NCBI RefSeq assembly: GCF_001194135.2
Contig: NC_068981.1
Location: 180,692,905-180,756,904, forward strand
From: Octopus bimaculoides
Taxonomy: Eukaryota
Length of the DNA: 64,000 nt
Reading direction: 5' to 3'
This document shows, piece after piece, positions 11,634 to 23,429 of the stretch. A program made the position numbers and the translations under genes. Each line of letters opens with the position of its first letter. Within the stretch, counting starts at the first letter, position 1. The notes beneath the pieces were generated by a model. The model was not told the origin of the DNA, ran no database searches, and saw only the letters and a list, made by a program, of their open reading frames with translations.

Positions 11634-12693
11634 CTTTATGGAGATCAAGGGCAAAAATCCAGATTCTTGTCAATCTTTTCAATAAGTAGTCTCAAGAACA
11701 AGAGTTTCCATCGTCATATAAATGGTCTCAGGGGAAAAAGTCTACTAATGTGACTATGGGAACTGTATTGGTAGATACCAAGAATAGAAATAGATCTAAA
11801 AGGATTAAATAGATGGTTGTTTATGACTCTTTCCATCACATTTGTAAGATTAAACATGTGTACAAATCAGTCAGGTGTTATTAAATATTTTATATCTTCA
11901 TATCATCGATATATGTTTCAATGGATGCATTCAAAATAAATCCAACAGGATGAATAATGTGGAGCAATGCATCAATCTCATCAGGGAGGATATAAACAAC
12001 AGTGTGCATCAATTAGACATTTTAACAGATGTCTGTAAAAAGATAAGTACTGGGATCAATGATTTGTTCAACTAAAACCCTTTAAGGCAGGGCTCCCTTT
12101 TTTGCATGAGTCTAGTAACTGAAACAAATAAAAGTTAAAAACAGGCAATTATTTTTGAAATATAAACATGCATGCATGTACACACATACACATGTGGTGT
12201 GTGTGTGTGTGTGTGTATCAGTTGATCTCACCAGTTGGTTTGAAGTCTAGATTCACCTTCCACACTTTATCGTCATCATCATTTAATGTTTGTCTTCTAT
12301 TTTGGCATAAGTTGGATGATTCAACAAGGATAAATTGGAGGATCATATCATGCTTCAATGTTTACTTTGACATGATTTCTATAACTGGATACCCTTTCTA
12401 ATGCCAACCATCTACAGAGTGTACTAGGTGCTTTTCTTCATGGCATTTTCTGTTTTACAAAAATTTTTAATTATTGATTTTATTAGAATTGTTGTGTTTA
12501 GATATTAAATACTCCTTCGGGGAAGTTTTTGTCTCCTATTTGCCCGGATAATAACTTTAATTGATCTGAATTTTTTTTTTTCTTTTTTTTTTCAACTCTA
12601 TATTTTATATGTGAGGTCCTAATACCTGAACATACTCTTAGCAAGTCATACCCACATCCATACATACTTACTAACAATACTATCTTTTATCAG

Positions 12694-12743
12694 TGTTGCT
12701 GTACCTGGTTTAAGAAGAAATCTCAACAATGGCCTAGAGATCA
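12694..12743 (+). CDS. FPGS: FPGS coding exon (phase 0-2)
   Basis: ttttatcag|TGT...GATCA|gtaagt. CCCTWFKKKSQQWPRD matches the CxxWF segment after DGAHT, and the phase fits both neighbours. Confidence 0.85.
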
Positions 12744-13512
12744 GTAAGTACGTTTTACAGCTTGCTATTCTTTTCTTTTTAATTATTACATGTTGGTTCA
12801 AAAAAAAAAAAAAAAAAAAAAAAAAAAACACAGCAGAGCCCTTTAATATCCATATAACTCTTTGAAATACACTATCTTTGTTTCTCTAAATTTCGAAAAT
12901 AATGAAGATTCACCTGTGCTGGTGCCACATATAAAGTACTGTTCACTCTGTTAGGTGGTTGGTGTAAGGAATGGCATCTAGGCATAAAAACCCTACCAAA
13001 ACAGACATTGGAGCCTGGTGCAGTCTTCTGCCTAACCAGCTGCTGTCAAACTGTCTAAACCTTGCCAGCATGGAAAGCGGATGTTAAAGGATGATGATGA
13101 CAATGAACTTTGTCATTATGAAGTTGTTGTTTGGAATATAGTTTAACGAGAAAATTTGATTGAAGGTTTTAATTTAGGTCACTTTAAAACAGAAAGTTTG
13201 TGCCATAGAACTAAGGACAATCTCGGGCAGGCTAGTATAAAAAAATACTAATCTCCAGAAGTGTTTACAATGATTAGTGCTTATCTTTTCTTTTATCACC
13301 TTATGTAGTTAAAATCTAAATCTCCTCTACATATAATAACATTATGTCACAAGTTGTATTTTCACAAGATCTGATATCTAAATACATAGGCAAACGTCTT
13401 CTACTATAGCCTTGGACCAACCAAAGCCTTGTGAGTAGATTTGGTAGAGGGAAACTGAAAGAAGCCTGTCATATACATACATACATACATACATACATAC
13501 ATACATACATAC

Positions 13513-13560
<48 letters not shown>

Positions 13561-13591
13561 AGGTTTGGAGGTGATGTACAGGAATTATATA

Positions 13592-14009
13592 TTAGAAAAA
13601 ATAATAAGGTACTCAGATATCTGGATGGTTGTACATTTACAGATTTTTATTAATATGTTACATGCTTTATAAATATTAGCGCTTGCATCTATTCTTGTAG
13701 ATTCTTCAGATATGATTTCACTTCAGAGGATTTGTCTCTTCTTATAGTAATACTATAAAAAGANNNNNNNNNNNNNNNNNNNNNNNNNNNNNNNNNNNNN
13801 NNNNNNNNNNNNNNNNNNNNNNNNNNNNNNNNNNNNNNNNNNNNNNNNNNNNNNNNNNNNNNNNNNNNNNNNNNNNNNNNNNNNNNNNNNNNNNNNNNNN
13901 NNNNNNCAAGAATAGATACAAGCACTAATATTTATAAAGCATGTGACATATTAATAAAAATCTGTAAATGTACAACCATCCAGATATCTGAGTACCTTAT
14001 TATTTTTTC

Positions 14010-14012
<3 letters not shown>
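13592..14012. repeat. Inverted repeat, 106-bp arms, spanning a gap
   Basis: 13592-13697 versus the reverse complement of 13907-14012: three mismatches by eye. Confidence 0.85.
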
Positions 14013-14078
<66 letters not shown>

Positions 14079-14108
14079 CGAGTTTGTTCATATTATTTTC
14101 CTTCACAG

Positions 14109-14187
14109 GGACAGTAATATAAGAAAAGCATTACTATTTACTGTAAGTGGTAAACGAAAAGCAAAAGCAATGATGAAAATATTAAAG
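14109..14187 (+). CDS. FPGS: FPGS coding exon (phase 2-0)
   Basis: cttcacag|G GAC...AAG|gtaaga. DSNIRKALLFTVSGKRKAKAMMKILK matches the RVLLFNxTGxRDxxxLLxxL segment. Confidence 0.88.
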
Positions 14188-14450
14188 GTAAGAAAATATT
14201 TCTTTTCTGCAGACAAATTGTTAAAATTTAAGATGACTGTATGGAATTATTGTCATTTAGACTACTGTGATAATGCAAAGACTGGATATATTGCCAATCC
14301 AGTTGTCAATTATCCAATTGTCTCTCACAAAGTCATTCACCATATGTCTGCCATGAGTCTACAGGTTCACGAAGCTGGTGCTCACCTGTGATTTTTCGGT
14401 GTTTCAAGCCAAGTAATTGCTTAGAGATTCCCTTGTTGATTCATGTGTTC

Positions 14451-14487
<37 letters not shown>

Positions 14488-14789
14488 TACCCTCACCATC
14501 ATTGTTTTAATGTCAAACAGAATTTGTTCAGGCAAATTTTCTTCCTGTCATCAACTATCACCTTTTTTTAAAAAAAATGAAAAATAATATTTTTCCCTGA
14601 CTGGACATGTTTCCATGAAAGATTGGAAAAGAATGACACCTCTTGTATAATGGTGAAGCTCACTTACAACAAACAAACATGCGCACACACAAATGCATAC
14701 ATATAAGAAAATGTGACGACAAAGGAATAAATGGTTATTATCTTATAAACTTCATTAGTTTACATCTGTTTCTGCAATAAGATGCAGTG

Positions 14790-15000
14790 AAACACCCTCA
14801 CCACCAAAGAAAAGCACACTCGATGGAAGGAAAAACCAGTAGCACTGGCAGAGAGCTTCTTCAAATGCAGTTGCTGTATGTTTGACTATCACTCACATGT
14901 GGGCCTCTACAGCCACAACGGGTGCTGTACCACAATCTGCAGCTGACACAATTTCTTCAGGCACAGATCCATAACCTCTTCAGACTGACGGATACCTACT
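14790..15000 (+). mobile_element. RTE-type LINE 3' end relic
   Basis: Degenerate terminal zinc-finger region (C..C...SHVGLYSHNGC) followed by an RTE-like 3' UTR. Confidence 0.45.
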
Positions 15001-16334
15001 ATATTATATAAACTCACACACACACACAAAAACCTGATAACACACAAGGTCCCTTGATCTTGGATGCAAAACCTTGGGTAACTCTAGGTCCAAGATATAA
15101 ATTTTTGTTGTAATAATTACTGCTCTATTCTTTAGAGTGTGCTTCTTCCTGATATATGTTTTTTTATTAACTATGTGTGTGTGTGTGTGTGTGTGTGTAT
15201 TTCTACATTAATAACTCTCCAATCCATGCCAGCATGGAACATAGACATTAAGTGGAATGCCAGTCTCTCATCTAGGAGGGCCTTGAAATCAATGTTACCA
15301 ACTGGGGACTATGTGTGTCGTAGTGATAATAAAAAGACCCAAAGGAGGTCTGCAACGAAATAATTTTACTCAACACTTTGCAAGTGAATCAGTGGAGGCA
15401 AAGATGCGTCTCATTTACTTGACAATTTATGCACCACATTGCAGAAATCACAATGTAAGTATATCTGAAAGGGTAGTCTTACACTGTTGTACCGTTGAAT
15501 TACAAATAATGCTCATCTGTTATGTTCGGGTTAAAATTTCATCAACANNNNNNNNNNNNNNNNNNNNNNNNNNNNNNNNNNNNNNNNNNNNNNNNNNNNN
15601 NNNNNNNNNNNNNNNNNNNNNNNNNNNNNNNNNNNNNNNNNNNNNNNNNNNNNNNNNNNNNNNNNNNNNNNNNNNNNNNNNNNNNNNNNNNNNNNNNNNN
15701 NNNNNNNNNNNNNNNNNNNNNNNNNNNNNNNNNNNNNNNNNNNNNNNNNNNNNNNNNNNNNNNNNNNNNNNNNNNNNNNNNNNNNNNNNNNNNNNNNNNN
15801 NNNNNNNNNNNNNNNNNNNNNNNNNNNNNNNNNNNNNNNNNNNNNNNNNNNNNNNNNNNNNNNNNNNNNNNNNNNNNNNNNNNNNNNNNNNNNNNNNNNN
15901 NNNNNNNNNNNNNNNNNNNNNNNNNNNNNNNNNNNNNNNNNNNNNNNNNNNNNNNNNNNNNNNNNNNNNNNNNNNNNNNNNNNNNNNNNNNNNNNNNNNN
16001 NNNNNNNNNNNNNNNNNNNNNNNNNNNNNNNNNNNNNNNNNNNNNNNNNNNNNNNNNNNNNNNNNNNNNNNNNNNNNNNNNNNNNNNNNNNNNNNNNNNN
16101 NNNNNNNNNNNNNNNNNNNNNNNNNNNNNNNNNNNNNNNNNNNNNNNNNNNNNNNNNNNNNNNNNNNNNNNNNNNNNNNNNNNNNNNNNNNNNNNNNNNN
16201 NNNNNNNNNNNNNNNNNNNNNNNNNNNNNNNNNNNNNNNNNNNNNNNNNNNNNNNNNNNNNNNNNNNNNNNNNNNNNNNNNNNNNNNNNNNNNNNNNNNN
16301 NNNNNNNNNNNNNNNNNNNNNNNNNNNNNNNNNN

Positions 16335-16390
<56 letters not shown>

Positions 16391-16424
16391 GACAGACACA
16401 CATTCTCATTTATATATATATATA

Positions 16425-16730
16425 TAGATTACTGCTCTAATGCTTTAGAGTGTGGTTCTTTTGTGGATGACAGCTTACGTTGGGGAGACAGCACATAGTA
16501 TAGGGGAGAAAATAGGTGAACACTGGCAGGAGTTCAAAGAGGAGAAAAGCTTGTAGTGTTCTACCAACATGCTCAATTAGAACAAAGAGGCTTGTTTAAT
16601 AACATAGATGTTAAGGTATTATCAATGCCAAGAACAGACATGATACTTAGACAGATTACAGAGGCCATATAGACAGACCAAGCCTCAACAGAAAATACGA
16701 ATGGAATAACACTCCCCACCGCAACACTAT
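16425..16730 (+). mobile_element. Penelope-like element GIY-YIG endonuclease relic
   Basis: With frameshifts: AYVGETAHSIGEKIGEHW...FYQHAQ...IDVKVL...LRQITEAI...SLNRKYEWNN. Confidence 0.7.
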
Positions 16731-17006
16731 GCAACATGACAGAAACACAGATACAAACAGTACAATATATAAATTCATACAAACAAAAGACACACATACA
16801 CATACCTAAGATGAAATGGGTAAAAAGTAGTGATAAAATAAATAAATAAATGAACAGCACAGATACTAACAGTATAGTATGCAAGCTCATATACATACAC
16901 AAAAAACACAATTACATTTAACACAAACAGCCCCCCCCCACACACACACACTCACACAGTCACCACACAACACAAATGCATACACACACATGCACACACA
17001 TACGTG

Positions 17007-17043
<37 letters not shown>

Positions 17044-17527
17044 NNNNNNNNNNNNNNNNNNNNNNNNNNNNNNNNNNNNNNNNNNNNNNNNNNNNNNNNN
17101 NNNNNNNNNNNNNNNNNNNNNNNNNNNNNNNNNNNNNNNNNNNNNNNNNNNNNNNNNNNNNNNNNNNNNNNNNNNNNNNNNNNNNNNNNNNNNNNNNNNN
17201 NNNNNNNNNNNNNNNNNNNNNNNNNNNNNNNNNNNNNNNNNNNNNNNNNNNNNNNNNNNNNNNNNNNNNNNNNNNNNNNNNNNNNNNNNNNNNNNNNNNN
17301 NNNNNNNNNNNNNNNNNNNNNNNNNNNNNNNNNNNNNNNNNNNNNNNNNNNNNNNNNNNNNNNNNNNNNNNNNNNNNNNNNNNNNNNNNNNNNNNNNNNN
17401 NNNNNNNNNNNNNNNNNNNNNNNNNNNNNNNNNNNNNNNNNNNNNNNNNNNNNNNNNNNNNNNNNNNNNNNNNNNNNNNNNNNNNNNNNNNNNNNNNNNN
17501 NNNNNNNNNNNNNNNNNNNNNNNNNNA

Positions 17528-17750
17528 TATATGTGTGTGTGTTTGTGTGTCTGTGTTTGTCCCCCCACCATCGCTTGACAACCGATGCTGGTGTGTTTAC
17601 GTCCCCGTAACATAGCGGTTCGGCAAAAAGAGACCGATAGAATAAGTACTAGGCTCCCAAAGAATAAGTCCTGGGGTCGATTTGCTCAACTAAAGGCAGT
17701 GCTCCAGCATGGCCACAGTCAAATGACTGAAACAAGTAAAAGAGTAAAAG
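17528..17750 (+). mobile_element. SINE family A, 3' half (5' half lost in gap)
   Basis: CATCGCTTGACAACCGATGCTGG...GAAACAAGTAAAAGAG as in other copies. Confidence 0.8.
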
Positions 17751-17752
17751 AG

Positions 17753-17787
<35 letters not shown>

Positions 17788-17884
17788 GGAGAAATATGCA
17801 AATATATTTGTTTATAATGCATATGTACATACATAAGTGTATTATGTGCATGTGTGTGTGTATATATATATATATATATTTATG

Positions 17885-17918
<34 letters not shown>

Positions 17919-18844
17919 TGTATGTATGTATGTGTATATATATATATATATACACATACCCACATACACACAAAGATAGATAGATAGAGAGAAAGAGAGA
18001 GGGAAAGAGAGAGATATCATCACATGTATCATGTGCATCATACTTATACATCTATAAATAATTTATATTATTATTATTGATCTTAATATTAGTGTTGCAT
18101 AAGTTATGAACAGGACAAAAACTTTAACAAATGAGCCATAAATTTACTTGAATTGAACTCGGTGACCTTCATGCTTCTCTATTCGATGTTCTTGTAATGT
18201 TTTAATACACAATTATTAACTTGGAATACATTACTCGAATGCAAGCCGATAATGGAGTCAATATGTGAGCAAATACAACGCAATATATATTCAAAAATAC
18301 ACACTGATTAAAAAAAAAAGCAGGACCTAAAGATCCACGTGCAAAAGTATCACGCCACTAATGAAACAGACCAGTATGCAAATTAGAAGGCAGTCAAAGA
18401 TTCACTTTAAAAAGACATGAGGTGAACGCACGAAATAAAGCAGAGTCACTAAACTTAGTTTGATACTTAGTCAGAACGTAGAATTAAATTAGAGCAATAT
18501 AACAGTTCTGTTTTGCCAAAATGCATTCATTTAACAGAGACCATCTCATCATTAATTCACACTAAGCATATCCAGATATTCATTTTCCTATTCTTTTTCC
18601 TTGCATTTTTGTTTTTAAAGATAGAAGAGTGTAATTTACGAGAGATTTAGTCTTTAATTTTAGCAGATCTGATGATTACATGCATGAGTCATTTTTGTTG
18701 AAACTAGTGACTCGTAACTATGTGTGTGTGTGTGGGGGGGGCTGTTTGTGTTAGTTGCAATTATGATGTTGATACTTAGCATGATGGGTAATAAAAATGG
18801 TGATAGGGACTGTTTGTGTTAGTTGTAATTGCAATGTTGATGGA

Positions 18845-19150
18845 GTGAAGGCACATGGCTTAGTGGCTAGAGTATTCAGCTCATGATTAGTAGGGTGGTG
18901 AGTTCAACTCCCAGCAATGCTTTGTGTCCTTGAATGAGGCACTTTATTTCATAATGCTCCAATCCACTCAGCTGGCAAAAATGATTTGTACCTGTATTTC
19001 AAAGGGCCAGCCTTGTCACACTCTGTGTCATGCTGAATCTCCCTGAGAAAATTACATTAAGGGTATGCATGTCTGTGGAGTGCTCAGCCATTTGCATGTT
19101 AATTTCATGAGCAAGTTGTTCTGTTGATCAGATCAACTAGAATTTTTGAT
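18845..19150 (+). mobile_element. SINE family B
   Basis: GTGAAGGCACATGGCTTAGTGG head, CCACTCAGCTGGCAAAAATG core. Confidence 0.75.
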
Positions 19151-19813
19151 GGTAAAATAGTTATGACGGGAAGGTGGTGGTGGTGATAGTAGTGGCTGTG
19201 GTGGTGGCGGTGGCGGCGGCGGCGGCGGTGGTGGTTGCAATTGTAGTAGTAGTAACAGCAATAATAATTGCTTCCTATAGAGGTATAAGACTTATAACTT
19301 GGAAGAGAAAATTAGTCAATTAAATTGACCCCCAGTACCTGACTGGTATATTATTTATCAATCCTGAAAGATTAAAGGGTGAAAGGTAATGGGAAACCCT
19401 CAGTGAGATTTGATCCCAAAATGCAAAGACACAGAACAAATACTGCAAGTCATTTTCCCCAATACTCTAACAATGCTGGTGTTGATGTTAGTTGTGATGT
19501 TGTGGTATTCATCATCTTAATCATTTTAACATCCACTTTTCCCTGCTTGCATGGATCACATGAAATTTGTTGTGGCAGATTTTTGAAAGATTGGATGCCC
19601 TTCCAGTCACCAACTCTTGTTTCAAAGCAAAGGTAATATTAACAATGACTGGACATATTTTCATGGAAGACTGGAAATAAATGACACTGCTTGTAATGAC
19701 AATGACACGGTCTGCTTAATTAGAGGTGAACTTGAGGTAAATGATAACAACAACAACAACAACAACAACAGCAATAACAACTCTTAAAAATATTCATTTT
19801 ATTTATCTTCCAG

Positions 19814-19865
19814 AAATGTCATTTTGACTTGGCCATGTTTGCTTCCAACAGACTTCATGTTGACG
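19814..19865 (+). CDS. FPGS: FPGS coding exon (phase 0-1)
   Basis: tcttccag|AAA...GACG|gtatgt. KCHFDLAMFASNRLHVD matches CxFDxAxFxPN. Confidence 0.85.
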
Positions 19866-20059
19866 GTATGTGATATAACAAGTGTTTCATGTTTCATTAC
19901 ACCTGTATCATTATTGTGTGCGTGTGTCTGTATATATGCATGTGTGTGTACGTTTATGTGTGTGTGTACGTTTGTGTGTGTGCATGTGCGTGCATGTGTG
20001 TGTGTGTGTGTATGCATGTGTGTTCTCATCAACTGTTTGTTTTGCTTTGTTTTTTTCAG

Positions 20060-20089
20060 ACAGTGCAATATATAAGCAGAACAATATAA
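20060..20089 (+). CDS. FPGS: Candidate 30-nt FPGS microexon (phase 1-1)
   Basis: Strong U-rich acceptor tttgctttgttttttttcag|AC, donor ATAA|gtatgc, in frame (DSAIYKQNNI). Supported only by splice signals and length fit. Confidence 0.55.
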   Translation, partial: TVQYISRTI

Positions 20090-20590
20090 GTATGCAAAAC
20101 TTATTCTCAAGTTCAAAATGTGAATTTTTTTTCTTTTTTTCTTTTTTTTGTTATCTACATTCCAGTGATGGAGTTTTATATTTTTGTTAGAAACCAGCTT
20201 TGAAATCTTACTTACAGAGAGATTTCAAAAATTTCAAATAATTAAAATTANNNNNNNNNNACGTATTGTCCTTGCCTTTGAAACGCGGAGTAGATGGAAC
20301 AGGGACAACTGAAGAAGGGAAATAGTCTTTATGTTGCATATCTCGTTTCTCTGTTTGTTTTGTTTTCGTTGTTCAAAAAAAAAGTTCATTTTCTGTCTTC
20401 GTCTTTATGTTTTCGTTTCTCATTGTGTTCAACGTTTTTTTGTGATGTCCTGTACCCATATATGCTTGTATGTATACATATAGATGTAGGTATGTACATA
20501 TATGTATGGATATATGCATATATTTATATATTATTTATGTTATTATATGATCGAATGCTACGCTTCTGTTTCCAAGTACATACATACATG

Positions 20591-20766
20591 ATGGCTGTCC
20601 ACTTGTGACCGAGGAAGACCATTGCCGACCTACAGGAGCATTGTGTGCTCTAGGACTAACTTATATATTGCATTTGTGGCTCCGTTGGTGGCTAATGAGC
20701 CCTGCTCTTGACAAGCATACACGACTGCAAACATTGCAGACCAAGCTTTCTGCAATGTTTGCAGTC
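20591..20766 (-). mobile_element. 5'-truncated RTE LINE 3' end, flanked by a ~105-bp direct duplication
   Basis: The - strand encodes LVCNVCSRVCLSRAGLISHQRSHKCNI* (RTE C-terminal C2H2 finger). Flanks 20486-20590 and 20767-20888 are direct copies. Confidence 0.7.
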
Positions 20767-20894
20767 GTAGGTATGTACATATATGTATGGATATATGGAT
20801 ATATGGATATATTTATATATTATTTATGTTATATGATCGAACACTATGCATCTGTTTCCAAGTATATACATACATACATACATACATGCATGCA

Positions 20895-21325
20895 TGCATA
20901 CAGGCCAAAAAAATAAGAATCCACAATATGGTAGTAGCCATAGTCACTCATAATAAAAAAGAGTACTGGTGGAATATCTCAGTGAAAACCTCAATAAAAT
21001 GTAAACAATAGACCTGACATAGTAATTTGGGATAGAGAAGACAAACTGTGTACAGTTGTGGAAATCAGCTGCCCAGTGGATGTTAACATAAAGCTAAAGA
21101 GCAGCAAAATAGAAAATACCTACGCTGAGCTATTGAGAAATCTACAGCTACTCTACACAATTATAAATTCAGGTTTATAGCTGTAATTATTGGGCAGTGG
21201 GATATGTAACACACTGCCTAAGTACTAATCTTGAGGAATTAGGCTTCTCAAAACCGGAAAGGAGAAAGCGGATTTAAAGACTACAGACTGAAACCAATCA
21301 GTGGAACTGTGAAAATTTTCTTTCC
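20895..21325 (+). mobile_element. RLE-clade non-LTR retrotransposon 3' relic
   Basis: HNKKEYWWNISVKTSIKCK / NRPDIVIWDREDKLCTVVEISCPVDVNIKLK...YAELLRNLQLLY. Confidence 0.72.
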
Positions 21326-21497
21326 AGAGGTTTATCATTTAAGTATATATGAGCATGTCTAGATATGTAATTATGTACATGAGAAGACATACATAAAGCA
21401 AAACAGACTAATATACACATGCTATGACTCCAAATATTGTACACATTAGCACATACATGCAAAAATACCTTGATGTTGTTGAAATTCCAATGAAGGG

Positions 21498-21890
21498 GCA
21501 GGAGTGGCTGTGTGGTAAGAAGCTTGCTCACCAGCCACATGGTTCCAGGTTCATTCCCACTGTGTGGCACCTTGGGCAAGTGTCTTCTTCTATAGCCTCG
21601 GGCCGACCAAAGCCTTGCGAGTGGATTTGGTAGACGGAAACTGAAAGAAGCCCATCGTATATATGTATTTATATATATGTATGTGTGTCTGTGTTTGTTC
21701 CCCCAACATCGCTTGACAACCGATGCTGGTGTGTTTGCGTCCCTGTAACTTAGTCGTTCGGCAAAAGAGACCGATAGAATAAGTACTAGGCATCCAAAGA
21801 ATAAGTCCTGGTGTCGATTTGCTCAACTAAAGGCAGTGCTCCAGCATGGCCACAGTCAAAAGACTGAAACAAGTAAAGAGTAAAAAGAGT
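21498..21890 (+). mobile_element. SINE family A, full copy
   Basis: Complete head, internal microsatellite and tail; ends about 145 nt before the last FPGS exon. Confidence 0.88.
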
Positions 21891-22034
21891 AAGGAAGCCT
21901 GGATCTAGGCTAGAAACCAGTTCTTTCTCTATTGGCAAGAAATCTTGTAATAAAACTGAACAATGACACACACACTTTTAAAATCTTGATGAAAAATACT
22001 ATTCTCTACTTTTCTTTTGTATTCTAATAAACAG

Positions 22035-22336
22035 ATCAAACTGATGAAGCAGGCCAATACAATGATCTCGTGATGACATGGATGTCTTTGTTTGAGAAGG
22101 AAACAGGTGAAACAAAGAAGACAAAATTTACCAGTTACGATACTGTAAAAGGATTTTCATGCATTAGTAATGCTCTGGAGTGGTGCCAGTTAAATATGGC
22201 CAATATTCACAATGGAAATCCATTTGTAACATCTGCTTTGAAAGGTGCAACTCATTTACAGGTTTTAATAACAGGAAGTTTGTATTTAGTTAGTCATGTT
22301 CTGAAATCTTTGAAGCAGGTAAATTATGATGATTGA
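22035..22336 (+). CDS. FPGS: FPGS terminal coding exon with stop codon
   Basis: taataaacag|AT CAA... Encodes GFSCISNALEW and HLQVLITGSLYLVSHVLKSL, the conserved FPGS C-terminal motifs; ends with TGA at 22336. Confidence 0.93.
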
Positions 22337-22569
22337 AAAGAAATCCCATATGGTGTTGTTCTTGAATATGGAGCAACATAAAACATTAATGATAATATTT
22401 ATTTATTTATTTAAGACTTTGATATCTAACCCCACAAATATTTCTATTTTGCCTTTTATCTTTCTGAAGTTGATAAAAATAAGTACCAGTAATATATTGA
22501 GATTCAATGTAAAAATTCATTTTGTATGTGAATCACAAAATTACAAAGAATATTTATTACATAGAACAT

Positions 22570-22770
22570 GGTGAGCTGGCAGAAACGTTAGCACACTGGG
22601 TGAAATGCTTAGTGGTATTTCATCTGTCTTCACATTCTGAGTTCAAATTCCACCAAGGTTGACTTTGCCTTTCATCCTTTCAGGGTCAATAAATTAAGTA
22701 CTGGGATCGATCTAATCAACTGGCCCCCTCCCCCAAAATTTTGGGCCTTGTGCCTAGAGTAGAAAAGAAT
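22570..22770 (+). mobile_element. SINE family C in the probable FPGS 3' UTR
   Basis: GGTGAGCTGGCAGAAACGTTAGCAC...CTGAGTTCAAATTCC...GGCCTTGTGCC. Confidence 0.8.
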
Positions 22771-22914
22771 ATTCATTACATATTTATTACATATTTATTA
22801 CATAGATGCATAAAATATCAAATTTACACAGGTGTGATGTTGTGGTATTCATTTATTTCCCATGATCATTGTACCATTTAAAATACTGAAAACATTTTAG
22901 AATACTGAAGGAAA

Positions 22915-22920
22915 AATAAA
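22915..22920 (+). promoter_or_regulatory. Candidate FPGS polyadenylation signal
   Basis: AATAAA about 580 nt after the stop, followed by T-rich sequence. Weak evidence in AT-rich DNA. Confidence 0.3.
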
Positions 22921-23016
22921 AATTGATGACAAAACTATTTATTGATTTACATACTTTTTTGCATTATTTTATTGATTTCAGTCATTGAACTGCAGCTATG
23001 TTGAGGGACTGTTTTT

Positions 23017-23245
23017 AGCCCTTTTATTACTGTATTTATTTTGAGATGCTCTGTGTTTATTTCAATTACTTTAAATATAACAAAGAATTTAGTAAAATAA
23101 CTTAGTTATCATTCAGCTAGTGTTAGGAACATAAATTGTGACTAAGGTTTGGTGGAAGATTTTAATTCAAAACTTATGAAAACAAGACATTTGTACTACA
23201 GAAGAGCCAGAGGTGGTTTCAGCTGGGTTGGTAACGTAGTGATTA
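23017..23245. mobile_element. MITE with degenerate (TTAA)CCCTTT-GTTAC-type ends, piggyBac-like
   Basis: Left CCCTTTTATTACTG, right GGTAACG...TTAA; family assignment is from recall. Confidence 0.45.
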
Positions 23246-23429
23246 AGGGCAGTTTTACTTGATCATATCGTAGGTGCAGACGTTGCTTTTCAGTTAAGAA
23301 CTTTGCTTCCTAACCTCATGGTTTCAGTTTCGGTCCTGCTATGTGACACCTTGGACAAGTGTCTTCTACTATAGCCCAGGCTTGCATCAGGCCTTGTTCG
23401 GTTACATGGTATTGACAAGTCACAAAAAT

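Noticed and set aside
15311-17615. Longest ORFs in the track (200-395 aa), and similar ones at 5359-6059, 7092-7616, 8184-8738, 25932-26481, 37132-37810 and 61321-62069
   Set aside because: They run through N-gaps and dinucleotide repeats (poly-X, HT, YI, CV); no real coding content.
18100-18600. Non-microsatellite block with an ATGCAAAT octamer and weak RT-like words
   Set aside because: No convincing ORF or motif series; could not be classified.
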